From positions 4,160,001 to 4,224,000 of the forward strand of contig CAVWLP010000002.1 of NCBI GenBank assembly GCA_963755915.1: a stretch of 64,000 bases of DNA, in the 5' to 3' direction. How positions within the stretch are numbered: position 1 is the stretch's first letter; every line of letters starts with the position of its first letter. Below are positions 1 through 10,800 of the stretch, in pieces. This DNA is from an uncultured Phycisphaerales bacterium (GTDB lineage Bacteria > Planctomycetota > Phycisphaerae > Tepidisphaerales > Tepidisphaeraceae). A program made the translations under genes and the position numbers. The notes beneath the pieces are model-generated. The model did not search any database. It was given only the letters and a program-made list of their open reading frames with translations, and had not been told where the DNA came from.

Positions 1-635
1 CCGATCACGCCGCCTTGCTGGAGATTCACGGCGTTGTCCCAAGCCATCGCCACTTCACTGGATCGCTTGATGGTTGGGGCGCTGTGCGGGGCAGCAAAGG
101 TGTCCTTATAGTTTGGCAGCGGGTTCGCTGGGGGATTGGTCGGTGCAAGCCAGTTATATACCATGGCGTTATCCGCGAAGATTCGGCTGTTGGCGATGTA
201 GTCGCAGGAGTGGAGCATGCGAGAACCCAATGCACTGACCTCAGGGTCCCATAGTGCGTGCGAGGTATCGGTGACCTGATAAATATCGCTGCCCGCGGCA
301 GTATTAAGGGATTGCCCCGCCATCTGACTGAACGTGTCAACCCACTCGTAATAGTAATACGCGGCTGTTTTCCCGCCGGGCTGCACCTCGTTTGTTCCCA
401 GCGGCAGGATACCGTTGTTCTCGGCTACGTATTCGTTCACCCACTGCCCGATGTTGCGCAGGTTGGAGGCGCAGGCAATCAGATTCGCCTGTTGGCGAGC
501 CTTTTGCAGTGCGGGCAGGAGGATGGAGATGAGCAGGGCGATGATCCCGATCACCACCAGCAACTCGACGAGCGTAAATCCGCAGCGAGATTGCCGAGGC
601 CCCGTCTCGCGTGAGTTTCGAATTTGTTGAAACAT
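1..635 (-). CDS. Prepilin-type N-terminal cleavage/methylation (DUF1559-like) protein, runs off the window edge
   Basis: Read manually on the minus strand from ATG at 635: [63 protein letters not shown], a typical planctomycete DUF1559 N-terminus; GGAGG RBS upstream. Not in the ORF track because the stop lies outside the window. Confidence 0.85.
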   Translation of the reverse strand, partial: MFQQIRNSRETGPRQSRCGFTLVELLVVIGIIALLISILLPALQKARQQANLIACASNLRNIGQWVNEYVAENNGILPLGTNEVQPGGKTAAYYYYEWVDTFSQMAGQSLNTAAGSDIYQVTDTSHALWDPEVSALGSRMLHSCDYIANSRIFADNAMVYNWLAPTNPPANPLPNYKDTFAAPHSAPTIKRSSEVAMAWDNAVNLQQGGVI

Positions 636-662
636 GCCGCTATTGACCTCCCAATCGGTTCG

Positions 663-3212
663 CTAGACTTTCGTACCTCTGCGGCGACGTGCCAACGCCG
701 CGATGCTCGAGCCTAAGACGATTGACATGGTCGCCGGCTCGGGAACCGCCGCGATGACAGGCGCCGGCAACCCGTTGGCCGCCGCAAACGCATCAAGCGC
801 GGCGATGTCGGCGGGCGTAACCAGGCCGTCCGCGCCGCTGTCTCCCTGACCGAAATTCGCCGCCAGGGCGCTGAAATCCGAGCCATTCACAGACGAGCCG
901 TACAGGAAGTTCCCTTGGTCCCAGTTGGTGACGCCCAGGCCGAAGTTGGCGGCGAGGATCGAGAAGTCAGTCCCATTGACGGTGCCGTCGAGGTTGGCGT
1001 CGCCAACCAGCGTGTACTTCAGGAGGATTTCTCCGGTCGTCAGCAGGGTGTTGCCGACGTTGTGCACGCCGTCGTCGCCATCCGCCCAGCCAACGCCGTA
1101 GGACAAGCCATTGGTCTTCGTCTGGGCAAAGCTGGAAATGATGCCGTTTGTGCCGTTCCAGCCGCCGTTGTTGTAACCGCTCTTGAGGTAGCCGAGGATC
1201 GTGGAAACCGGATCGGTCCCGCTTCCATAGACGACGTACATATGATTGTTGGTGATGTCCAGAACTCCGCCGCCGCTGATCGCAAGGCTGGAGACCTTTT
1301 CACCTGTCGCATTCTGTGCCAGTTGCAGGAGTCCACCGGAAATATTGACACTGCTGTTGGTCGGCAGCGCGGCGCCCGTGGCGATGACGACCGTGCCGGC
1401 CGTCACATCGGTGCCGCCGCTGTAAGAGTTGCTGCCCCCCAGTACCAGCACGCCGGCGTCAGTCTTTTGCAGCGTATTGGTGCCGCTGATTTGGCCCGTC
1501 AGAGTCAGCGTGTTTCCCGAGCTCACATCCACGGTCGTGATGCCGTTGACCAAACCCTCGGTATCTTCGATGGTGATGTTCTGCGGCAGTGACGTCGTGC
1601 CGATGGCCATGAGAGTGCCGGAATCCAGCGTGATCGTGTTGGACGGACTGCCGTTGCCAAGGCTCGCGCCGGCGCCGACCTCAAGGGTACTCGTCCAGGC
1701 GGCGTCAATCGAGCCGCTGAAGTTGGGGCTGCTGGTTCCGAGGAATTCACCGATATAACCCGTGAGGCTCGAGGTATACGCGGTGTCGCTTCCCAGGTTC
1801 AGGGAGCCAGTGCCGCTTAAAGAGCCATTATACGTGAAGCCGTTGTATTCAGCCGTGGTCAGTGTCGTGCCTGAACCGAGGATAATGGTTCCGGGACCGT
1901 CGATGGAGTTGTTGTCGTAGGTGTTGCCCGTGCCCAGGTTGATCGTATCGGCCGCGGTCGCGAGGTTAATATCGTAAAGGAATGAGCCGCTCGGAATCGC
2001 CCCGGTAATGTCGACCGTCGTATTACCGGACACATCCAGATTCCCCTGCGGATCTGTAATTGTGCCAATGTTTACTATGCCACCGCCGGTGAACGTCATC
2101 CCGCTATATTGGGTGTGGGTGAGGCTGGTGATGTTAAGGACAGAGCCGGCGCTGGCGCTGACGGTCGCGGTGTTCATGCTCAGGCTGGCTATCGTGTTGG
2201 TGCCGGCGAGCGAGTTGACTTCGCCGGTTACGTTGACGGCTGAACCCGCCAGAACATAACCATTGGAACTATTGAAGGTGAGACTATTGACCTGCTCGCC
2301 GCTGGTTAGCGTAACAGTGGGCGTGGACGTGATCGTTCCGCCGTCGGTGTCAAAGGTCGCGTTCGATTGAGAAGTTGCGGGGGGGTTGGAGCCCACCCAG
2401 TCGGAAGGCGTGCTCCAGTTACCGTTGCCGTTAAATCCCCAGGTGGAGTTGCTGTTCGCGATCACCGTCAGGCTGCCATTGATGAAATACGTGTAATCGA
2501 CCCCCTGCACGTTATTAAGGGTCGGACTTGATCCATTATCAAGACCCACGGCCGAAACACCGGCCTGCGGATCGGCATTGCTTCCCTTCGCCAAACCGTA
2601 CCAGGCTTGGCCGCCGCCACTAGTGGTATTGGTTGAATTGTCCGACGTGATGGCGAAAAAGTAATCGGTATCAGCAGTCAGCGCGAGCTGATTCTGCAAC
2701 GTGAACATGTCGTAGTTCGTGGTGTTGCCATTGGCCACGTCGTTGGCGATAGGAGTTCCCACTGCGGTTTCCTGATCCAGGATCGTGACGCCCGCGCCCC
2801 AGCCCGGACTGTTGCCATTGACCGTCCCAATCGTGATGGTCCAGTTGCCTGCGAGGTTGTAGGGGGAGTTGGCGCCGGCACTCCCGGCGCCCTTGATGGT
2901 GATCGAATCGAGCGTGAAATTGGTCGTCGGATAGAAAACCTGGCCGGGGCCTCCGCTGTAGCCGCTGCTGCTGGAGTCGTTGTTGGTGTAGTCCTCCCAG
3001 CCAACGAGATTGGTATTGGAGAAATCCGGCTGAGAGATCGTCGCGCCGGAGACTCCTCCGTTTGAGGTGGTGATCGTCGCGGTGCCGCTGAGCTGAGCGG
3101 CGGCAAAGCTGCATGGAAGCAAAGCACTGCAGACCGCGGCGCCAAGGATCAACCTTCGCTGTTGTCGCAATCGAAGATTGCCGGATTTCCGAGTGCCTCG
3201 ATCGTTCTTCAT
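663..3212 (-). CDS. Secreted PEP-CTERM protein with autotransporter-associated beta-strand repeat and dockerin-like C-terminal module
   Basis: Signal peptide, LQKTDAGVLVLGGSNSYSGGTDVTAG repeat, GDANLDGTVNGTDF dockerin/EF-hand-like motif, C-terminal VPEP + TM + RRRR. Start placed at MKNDRG (3212); ORF extends to 3287. Confidence 0.85.
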   Translation of the reverse strand: MKNDRGTRKSGNLRLRQQRRLILGAAVCSALLPCSFAAAQLSGTATITTSNGGVSGATISQPDFSNTNLVGWEDYTNNDSSSSGYSGGPGQVFYPTTNFTLDSITIKGAGSAGANSPYNLAGNWTITIGTVNGNSPGWGAGVTILDQETAVGTPIANDVANGNTTNYDMFTLQNQLALTADTDYFFAITSDNSTNTTSGGGQAWYGLAKGSNADPQAGVSAVGLDNGSSPTLNNVQGVDYTYFINGSLTVIANSNSTWGFNGNGNWSTPSDWVGSNPPATSQSNATFDTDGGTITSTPTVTLTSGEQVNSLTFNSSNGYVLAGSAVNVTGEVNSLAGTNTIASLSMNTATVSASAGSVLNITSLTHTQYSGMTFTGGGIVNIGTITDPQGNLDVSGNTTVDITGAIPSGSFLYDINLATAADTINLGTGNTYDNNSIDGPGTIILGSGTTLTTAEYNGFTYNGSLSGTGSLNLGSDTAYTSSLTGYIGEFLGTSSPNFSGSIDAAWTSTLEVGAGASLGNGSPSNTITLDSGTLMAIGTTSLPQNITIEDTEGLVNGITTVDVSSGNTLTLTGQISGTNTLQKTDAGVLVLGGSNSYSGGTDVTAGTVVIATGAALPTNSSVNISGGLLQLAQNATGEKVSSLAISGGGVLDITNNHMYVVYGSGTDPVSTILGYLKSGYNNGGWNGTNGIISSFAQTKTNGLSYGVGWADGDDGVHNVGNTLLTTGEILLKYTLVGDANLDGTVNGTDFSILAANFGLGVTNWDQGNFLYGSSVNGSDFSALAANFGQGDSGADGLVTPADIAALDAFAAANGLPAPVIAAVPEPATMSIVLGSSIAALARRRRGTKV

Positions 3213-3394
3213 CTCCACTTCGCCAATCGTTTTCTGAAATGCAGACATCTTAAAACCCTCCGCAATGAGATTACGCATGATGCGCACAATTGGATGGACG
3301 CCAAAATCCGCGCATCATTTTTTGGTACTCCGCGACTCTACCTCTGACGCACCGGGCGATTTGAATGTCCTTCTACTGAGGTTCGACGACATAA

Positions 3395-3434
3395 ACTATA
3401 ATCGTGTCGTCCGCTGAATGCAAGCGCTTTCTGA
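3395..3434 (-). promoter_or_regulatory. Sigma70-type promoter (TTGCAT-N17-TATAGT) overlapped by a LacI-type operator
   Basis: Minus-strand -35 at 3418-3423 and -10 at 3395-3400; CAAGCGCTTTCTGA at 3421-3434 has a palindromic AAGCGCTT core and recurs exactly at 12339-12352. Confidence 0.7.
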
Positions 3435-3545
3435 ACGGTAAAAACTATTTTCTGCACCTTAAACCTCTGTGTGTCGCGCCGACGGTCTTCGACGGATGTT
3501 CGCCGAAATCTTCTTCCAGCTCCCACCCGATTGTGGCATCCTGAG

Positions 3546-4589
3546 TTACGTCAAAAGCCTCGGAGCTGAAGTGGACTCGCGAACGATCAACTCCTCGTCT
3601 AATCGTCGGCAACGCACCTCTACCGGGCCGTCGTTGCCCATTTCCCGTAAAAGCATCTCGGCGGCCACCTCGCCCATGGCTGCGGAGGGGAGACCCACCG
3701 CCGTCAGGGAAGGGATCGCCAGCGCCAGCATTGGTTCGTTGTTGAAGCAGACCAGGCTGAAATCACGTGGGACGGCCAGGCCGATGTCGTGGGCGCGGCG
3801 CATCAGCGACAGTGCCCCGTAGTGGGAATACGCCAGCACCGCGGTCGCGCCGCCTTCGATAACCATTCGCTTGAGGAACGGCTCGTAATACTGATCCCAC
3901 TCCACGCCAATCGGCAGTTTGGGGACGTCTTCGCTTGGAATTTCAAATCCCAGTTCCTCGCCCGCCTCTTCATAGGCCTGCCGGCGCGTGGCAACGCTGA
4001 TGTGAGAAGCACCGATGGTTGGATTATCGAGATAGGCGATACGCCTGTGGCCAAGGCCCACCAGATGCTCCAGGGCCTTTCGCGCTCCGCCGGCGTCATC
4101 GGAAATGACCTGCATTCCGCCGGGGCCGGCGATCCCGTCGAGGCTGACGTAGGGGACGCTGAGGTTCTGCAAGGCCGAAAGGTCCTCGGGATTGGTGGGG
4201 CCGACCGCCACCACCCCGTCAACCCGAAGGCCCGGCAGCTCGAAGGGGCGATGCCGCTGGCTCATGAACTGGACACAAATTTCGTAACCGGCCGTATCAA
4301 GGGCGGTGTTGAGCGCGCCAACCGCTTCTTCCAGCGGACCGACATGGTCGGAGGCAAGGCCGGCAAGGCCCAGGACAGCCACCAAATTGGTTTTGCTCAC
4401 GGTAAGGTTTCGGGCGGCAATGCTGGGGCGGTAATTCAGTTCGTTGGCAACCTTGAGGATCTTGCTACGGACAGCATCCGAGACGGAGAAGCGGCCATGC
4501 TTGGAATTGTTAAGCACCCGGCTGACGGTCGATTGGCTGACCGAACAGCGCTTTGCGACTTCCATGAGATTGCTGCCGGCCCTGGCCAT
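3546..4589 (-). CDS. LacI family transcriptional regulator
   Basis: N-terminal HTH (EVAKRCSVSQSTVSRVLNN...LNYRPSIAARNL) and sugar-binding domain ending LIVRESTS. Confidence 0.93.
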   Translation of the reverse strand: MARAGSNLMEVAKRCSVSQSTVSRVLNNSKHGRFSVSDAVRSKILKVANELNYRPSIAARNLTVSKTNLVAVLGLAGLASDHVGPLEEAVGALNTALDTAGYEICVQFMSQRHRPFELPGLRVDGVVAVGPTNPEDLSALQNLSVPYVSLDGIAGPGGMQVISDDAGGARKALEHLVGLGHRRIAYLDNPTIGASHISVATRRQAYEEAGEELGFEIPSEDVPKLPIGVEWDQYYEPFLKRMVIEGGATAVLAYSHYGALSLMRRAHDIGLAVPRDFSLVCFNNEPMLALAIPSLTAVGLPSAAMGEVAAEMLLREMGNDGPVEVRCRRLDEELIVRESTSAPRLLT

Positions 4590-4630
4590 TGATCGGATTC
4601 GCCTTTCTTCGGCAAGCGGTTGCTGAACCC

Positions 4631-4660
4631 ATTATAAGCAAATGGACGCGTTCATTGCAA
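4631..4660 (-). promoter_or_regulatory. Putative sigma70 promoter of the LacI gene (TTGCAA-N18-TATAAT)
   Basis: Near-consensus hexamers on the minus strand just upstream of the LacI ORF. Confidence 0.55.
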
Positions 4661-4672
4661 GATGATTCGGAT

Positions 4673-7600
4673 TCAGAAAAGCCATAATTCACGCATCCCG
4701 GCGCGAGTATTGGCCGGAACGGCGGTGATGACAACCCGCACAGATCTGACCCCACCCGCCGACAATTGTAACCGATGACGGCCTGTCAGGTAGGAATTTT
4801 TGGTTTCGTCGCAAACTTGCTTCCAATCGGTCCCGTTCTTGGAGATTTGGACGGTATATCCGTAACCGGCCTTTTCTTCCCCCCATAATATTTCGATTCC
4901 GGAGAGATCCTGGGGTTTATCGAAATCGAACTGCCACCACTGGGGAAGTGACTGGTCGGCGGCGTTCCACTGCGTATATTCGTTGCCATCCGCGGCCTGG
5001 GAGGGCTTAAAGTTCTGCCACCCGGGGTCGAACGACGAGGCGGTCGCTTTGCCGAGCATTGGGATGTGTGACATCAGCAGTTCCTGAAGCTGGTCGGGGG
5101 CAATGGAGGCGGTAGGGGAGAAATCCGGCGAAGCCACGTATTGCAAAAGTGAGTGAAGCAATTGCCGCGCGGCAGGATCGGATTGCATGGAGAGAAGATC
5201 GGAGGCGCAGACAAGCAGTTTTCCAGGACCGACGCGAAGACCGAAGACCAGGCCAAGCCGATCGACGCGCTCCATGTTGTCGATGACTTCAACCTCCGGG
5301 CGAAAGTCTGGCGGCAGGTCGTTGAGGACGACCGGCTGAGAGTGAAGGGCGATGTCGAACCACTGCCAGTTGGAGTGGAACTCGGTGGGGAAATCTTTCA
5401 AGGCGGGATTGGACGGATCGCAGAGCAGGCCCATGGTGCCGGGCTTGTTGTGAAACATGGGCCAGCACCAGAAGTCGGAGGCGAAACCTCCGCCAACGGA
5501 GTGGACCAGAGGGCGCAAGCCGTCGGCGATGAGCAAGACATTTCCGCCGGCGGCGAGAGATGAGAACGCGGCATGTGTGAGGGACCGCGCGATCATTACA
5601 TTCGCCGGGGGCGTGAGATCGACGGCTGGCGCATAGACCCAGAGGGGATAGCTGGTTTGGATCGCACTGTTTTCGAGGGAGAGGTTCAAGTTAAATTGCG
5701 CGGGGGCGGGGAGAGAGGAAAGGGGAATCGTGAGGGAGCCGACATCGCGAAGTCCGCCTTGCGGGAGATCAATCGGCGGGAGTTTGCCGGAGGAGATCGT
5801 CGCGCCGGATTCGGCGGTGATTTGCCAGTCAAGGACCGCGCTGGTCAAGTCGTGTTCGCCATAATGGGCGAGCTGGATTTCAGCGGAGAAAGATTCATCG
5901 GTCGTCCAGACGTATTTCTTGAACCGGCCAAGAAGGACGATGGGGGAGCAGAATTGCCGCCATCGCTGCGGCGTAACGATTCCCTTTGAATCCATGAAAG
6001 CGTCAAGGATTCCGACAAGGGCCGTGCCCTGGCCGGGGAAATCCTGCAGGTCCAGGAGCTGGAATCCGCCGAAGTTTGGCGTGCGCAGCGCCGATTCGAT
6101 CTCCTCGCGGTAGCAGATTTCGGCTAGCGCGCCCGAGGCACGGAAGAAATCGTCCGCCTGGTCGAACATGGGCGTCGACTTGAGGCGGTCGCGAAAATGC
6201 TCCAGGTTCATGGCCCGGGTGACGCCGGTATATTTGGGGATTTCGCGGAAATCGGGATAGACCGTGTACTGGCCAACCTCATGGCCGACGACGGGGCGGG
6301 CAATGGCCGCGATGGAGGCGGAGTAGTCGGTCATGGTGTTGGGCGGGCCGTACTGGACGTGTCCATCGCGGGCGTCGAGGTCGGCAAAACTGCCGCGCAC
6401 GGGGAGCGACGGGGCCGATTCATTGGCCTTGGCCCGCGCGGAGATAAGGAAATCGTCGCCGGGAGGAAGGATGGGGTCCCAGAGAAATGCGTTGGAGCCT
6501 TGCGCGTAAAGATGGCGGGGGTCTGCGGAGCGCAGTTCGTCGACCAGCGATGCAAGCACCGCGCGGCTGCCGCGATTCTCGTTCCCCATCGTGAACATCA
6601 CGAACGAAGGATGGTTGCCGTAACATTTGAGAATGCGAATGGCCTCAGGCTCAAGGGCCTTTTTGACGCCGTCATCGAAATCGCCCCAGAAGGGAAGCTC
6701 GGGCTGCATATACATTCCGAGCTGGTCCGCGGCGGTGAAGGCCGCATCAGGCGGAACGAACGTGTGGCAGCGGATCTGGTTGATCCCGTAATCCTGGCAG
6801 GTACGGAGATATTTGACCCAGCCGGCGACGTCCATAGGCGGATATCCGGTCAGGGGAAAGACGCAGGCGTTGTGCTTGCCGCGGAGAAAAGTAGTGCGGC
6901 CGTTGATGGTGAACTGTTTTCCGGAGGAGGAGAAATCGCGCAAGCCGAACGTGATCGTGCGGGCACCCGAATAATCCCCGGCGTGGAGATCGGCGGTAAG
7001 CGTGATGAGATTGGGATGGAATTCGTCCCAGGTGACGGCGGTGGCAAGCGGAAGATTAAGCTCGGGGGAACTGGGAGTGGAGGAGAAGGATATGGAAGCG
7101 TCGTAAGGTGTCATGCCGGGAGCGGCGACGTGAATACTGACCGTGCCGGCGGCGGATCGTTCGCCCTCAATTTTCAGTTTGACGAGAACCGAATGTTTGG
7201 CTGCGCTGGGATAGACCTGGAGGTCATCGATCCAGACCGCGTCGGTGGCCTGCAGCTCGATCCGCCCGATGATGCCGTTCCAGTTGGTTTGCGTGTTGTC
7301 CGACCACTGGTGGGCTTCGGATTGCACAGGCAGCCGGGTGTTATCGACGGCAATGGTAAGCTGATGCCGGCCGGGCGTAAGATGCCCAAGCGAAAATTCC
7401 TGCGGTGTGCAGAAGATCGTCCCCTGCCCCATCGATTTTCCGTCGAGCCAGAGCTGAGTGTACTTGGTGCGCTCCAGAAAAAGGTTGATGCGCTTGTTTC
7501 GCCAGGCGTCAGGGATGTCAATGTCGTGCTGATACCAGGCGGTTCCATCGAAGCGGTAAATGCGGGTGAGCTGGCCGTTCCATCCGGGGCCTTGGATTGA

Positions 7601-7805
7601 CCCTTTTTGCTGCGATTCGGTGGTGCCGGGGAGATTGATCGTGTCGTTGAGATTCAGCGTCGGCAGCGCGCCGGTGTGTCGGCGGTGGGGGGGCCGTCTA
7701 ACTGGAATCGCCATGTGCCGGCGAGGGAGATCACGTCTTGGGCGCCGCGCGCATTGCAATGACAAAAATGGTGATGCAAATCAGCGCGGCGCGGAGGCGA
7801 GGCAT
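4673..7805 (-). CDS. Glycoside hydrolase family 2 (beta-galactosidase-like) with C-terminal discoidin/CBM32-like domain
   Basis: GH2 sugar-binding N-domain, TFGLRDF, YGINQIRCH, GNHPSFVMFTMGNE catalytic motif, C-terminal WWQFDF F5/8-type domain. Signal peptide MPRLRAALICITIFV starts at 7805 (TGATG overlap with the upstream gene), with N-terminal frameshifts. Confidence 0.85.
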
Positions 7806-10800
7806 CAACGTCTGTCTCCATGGCGCGGCTTTTTCTTCAGCACGGGCTGGACAGGGTCGAGGATTTGGGAAGGGGGGCTGGACGGCGTCGATGTGGACGA
7901 CGTGCTCGTCGGAGTAGTTGGGGTTGTCGCGGCAGTTGTCGTCGTCGTTGTCACGACAGGGGCTGTCGGGGCTTCGACGAGTGCAACGGCGGGCAGGGTC
8001 ATGCCCTGACCAAAGTTCGCTGAAAGGGCGGAGAAATCCGACCCGTTGACGGACGAGCCGAAGAGGAAATTCCCCTGGTCCCAGTTGGTATACCCGAGCC
8101 CGAAATTGGCGGAGAGGATGCTGAAGTCCGACCCGTTCACCGTGCCGTCGAGATTCGCGTCGCCCAGGAGCGTGTACCTGATTTCGATTTGGCCGGAAGA
8201 GAGTCCGCTGACGATTCCGTCTATTCCATCCGAAAATCCCAGGCCGTAGTTGAGGCCATTGGTCGGTGTGTGCGCGGAGGTGGAGATGATCCCAGGACCG
8301 TTCCAGTTGCCGTTGTTGTACCCGGATTGGAGGTAGCTGTAGATGACAGACATCGGGTCGGAGCCGCTGCCGTAGGTGATGAACATTTCGTTGTCGCTAA
8401 GATCGAGGGTTCCGCCGGAAATGGAAATCCCGCTGACGAGGAGCTGGGTTTGGGTAGGGGAATTGACCGGAACCGCCGCCAGCCCCGTCGAATTGATGTT
8501 AAGAACGCCCAGCGCGATCGTAGAAGCGCCGGCGAAATTGAGTGTGCCAGTGACAACGTCGAGCGTGGAAGTGCCGGCGCCGGTGAAGCTAAATGGGCTG
8601 GTGATTCCGCCGAGGTAAGTAAGTGTATCGCCGCCGGAGCCCGAATCGGTGACGCTGATAGCGGAGACGCCGGTGAAGCTGGCCTGGAACCCGTTTTCGC
8701 TGGCGGTGATCGTTCCGCCCGAGCCCTCAATGGCGACTGGGCCGGCGCCGTTGAGGGTGATGTCCAGGGTAGAGCCGGACTGACTCGCGAAGGCGGCATC
8801 GACGATGACCTGAACTGAACTCGTTGTGGTCAGCGAAAGAGAATCGGCGATGGTGACGGTGAAGTTGTACGTTCCGGTCTGGGTGAAATCGGCGGTGATA
8901 TTTTGCGCAGCGTTCGTTCCGTTGGTGTTGCCGGTATAGGTGACGCCGGTTGGGCCGGTGTAGGCCCAGGTGTAGGTGAGCCCCGAGCCTGAGCCGTTTT
9001 CGGTGGCGGCGGCGCTCAGGGCGGTGGCAGCGGCCGTATCGAAGGGATCGACGGGGTTTGGATTCGCCGCCGCGGCCTGCGTGACGGTGGGGCCTGTGGA
9101 AACGACAAGGTTGGTGAATGTGGCGCTGGTGAGCTGTGCGTTGTAATCCGCGGTGGCGGCGAGGCCGACATTGGCAGTTGCCGACATGGCAGCGATGGTT
9201 ATCGTTGAACCGATCTGCGTCCACGAGCTTCCGTTGGAACTGTAATAGGCACTGAACCCGCTGCCGAGGCGTGCGAGCTCGACGTATTCGGAACCGACCG
9301 GAATGCCGGTAATCGTCTGTGTCGAGACGGTTCCACCGGCGGTGGTGCGGTATTCAAGCAAAAGGCTGCTTGCCGATGTTTGGACGAGGGCGATAAAGGG
9401 GTCGGTGTCCCCCGTGGCGGCACGGAACATGACGCCGGCCTCGGGCGTGCCGTTGCCGTCATCGGCGTCGGTGAGGCTGAGAAGCTCGACGGAAATCGCG
9501 ACGTTGCCGCTCATCGGTTCATAGGCAAAATTGAATTGGTCGTTGGTGGCGGCGGTGATGGTTCCGGTGGCGGTCAGGGATGTGGCGGTCGCCGAGCCGG
9601 GGACATCCATGTAGGTGAAGGTGGTGGAATTGACGATTCCCGAAACCTGAAAAGTTCCGTCGAAACCCGAGGGGCTGGCGCCGGCGATGGTTACTGTGTC
9701 GCCAACCGCAAGGCCATTGGTTCCGGACGTGACCGCCGTGACATGGAAAACTCCGGTGGACGTCGATCGGGTGTAGACCAGCGACGTGATTGAAAAGGTG
9801 TTTCCGGTGAGTTCCTCGCCGCCGCCGTTGAGAATCCAATCGGTTACGGTCGTGCCGTTGGAAAGCGTCGTGGAGCTGGTTGCCCAGCCGGGGTTGCCGG
9901 GCGTATTGATGTCTGTATCGGCCCAATTCGTGGGCAGGCTGGTGGCGGGATTGCCCATGATGATGCCACGGCCATTGATGCCGAGGTAGACGCGGCCGAA
10001 GACATTCGGATCGGCGGCCATGGTTTCAATCAAACCGCCCCATTGCTCGCTGGTGGTGTTGAGCTGGAGCCAGGTGTTTCCGCCGTCATCGGAGCGATAG
10101 ATGCCGAGAAAACCGCTGATGGTGCCGAAGACGTAAATGGCCGGAATGGTCTGCCCGGGAGCGGGTGCGCCCAAGGCGATGACGCTGTTGGTGGAGGTTA
10201 GAGCGGAACTTACTTTCGTGACGGTTGCGCCGAAATTTGACGAGTGATAGAGTCCCCCGGAGACGGCGATCCAGAGATCGCCGGTTACAAAGGGATTAAC
10301 GACCATATCGCCGCCGCGCGGCGCGGCTGATGTCTCAAGGGTGAAGGAGACGCCGCCGTTGCTGCTGAAATAGATGTCCGTGCCGACATGATAATAGAAA
10401 TCGCTGGCGTTGAGACCGTCGGCAATGATTTGGCCATTGTCGGCCATTCCGCCGGTGGAGGCGGCCCAGGTGGTGCCGTCGTTGGTGGTGTAATAAGGAA
10501 CGAGTCCCGACTGCGCCCAGACGATGGTTGCGCCGTTGGCGGAGACGGCGACCGTGTCGGTGCCGTAGCTGTCGCCCGTGCCCGGGGCGGTGGGAAAGTC
10601 TTCGAACGTCGAGCCGTCGTTGGTGGAATAGACGCCGTAGTAGGTTCCGCTGCTGGAATCCGGACTTCCGACGATGGCGATCACGTTGTCCCCCACGGCG
10701 ACATTATTGGCGCTGCCGTAGGGAGCCGCGGCGCCTTGGGCAGGAGAGGAGGTGAGCGTGGTGTGCGCGAATCCGAAAATGTCCCCCATCGCGCTGAAGA

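Noticed and set aside
3277-3323. Riboswitch in the PEP-CTERM leader
   Set aside because: An inverted repeat (ATGATGCGC...GCGCATCAT) is present but matches no aptamer consensus I recognise.
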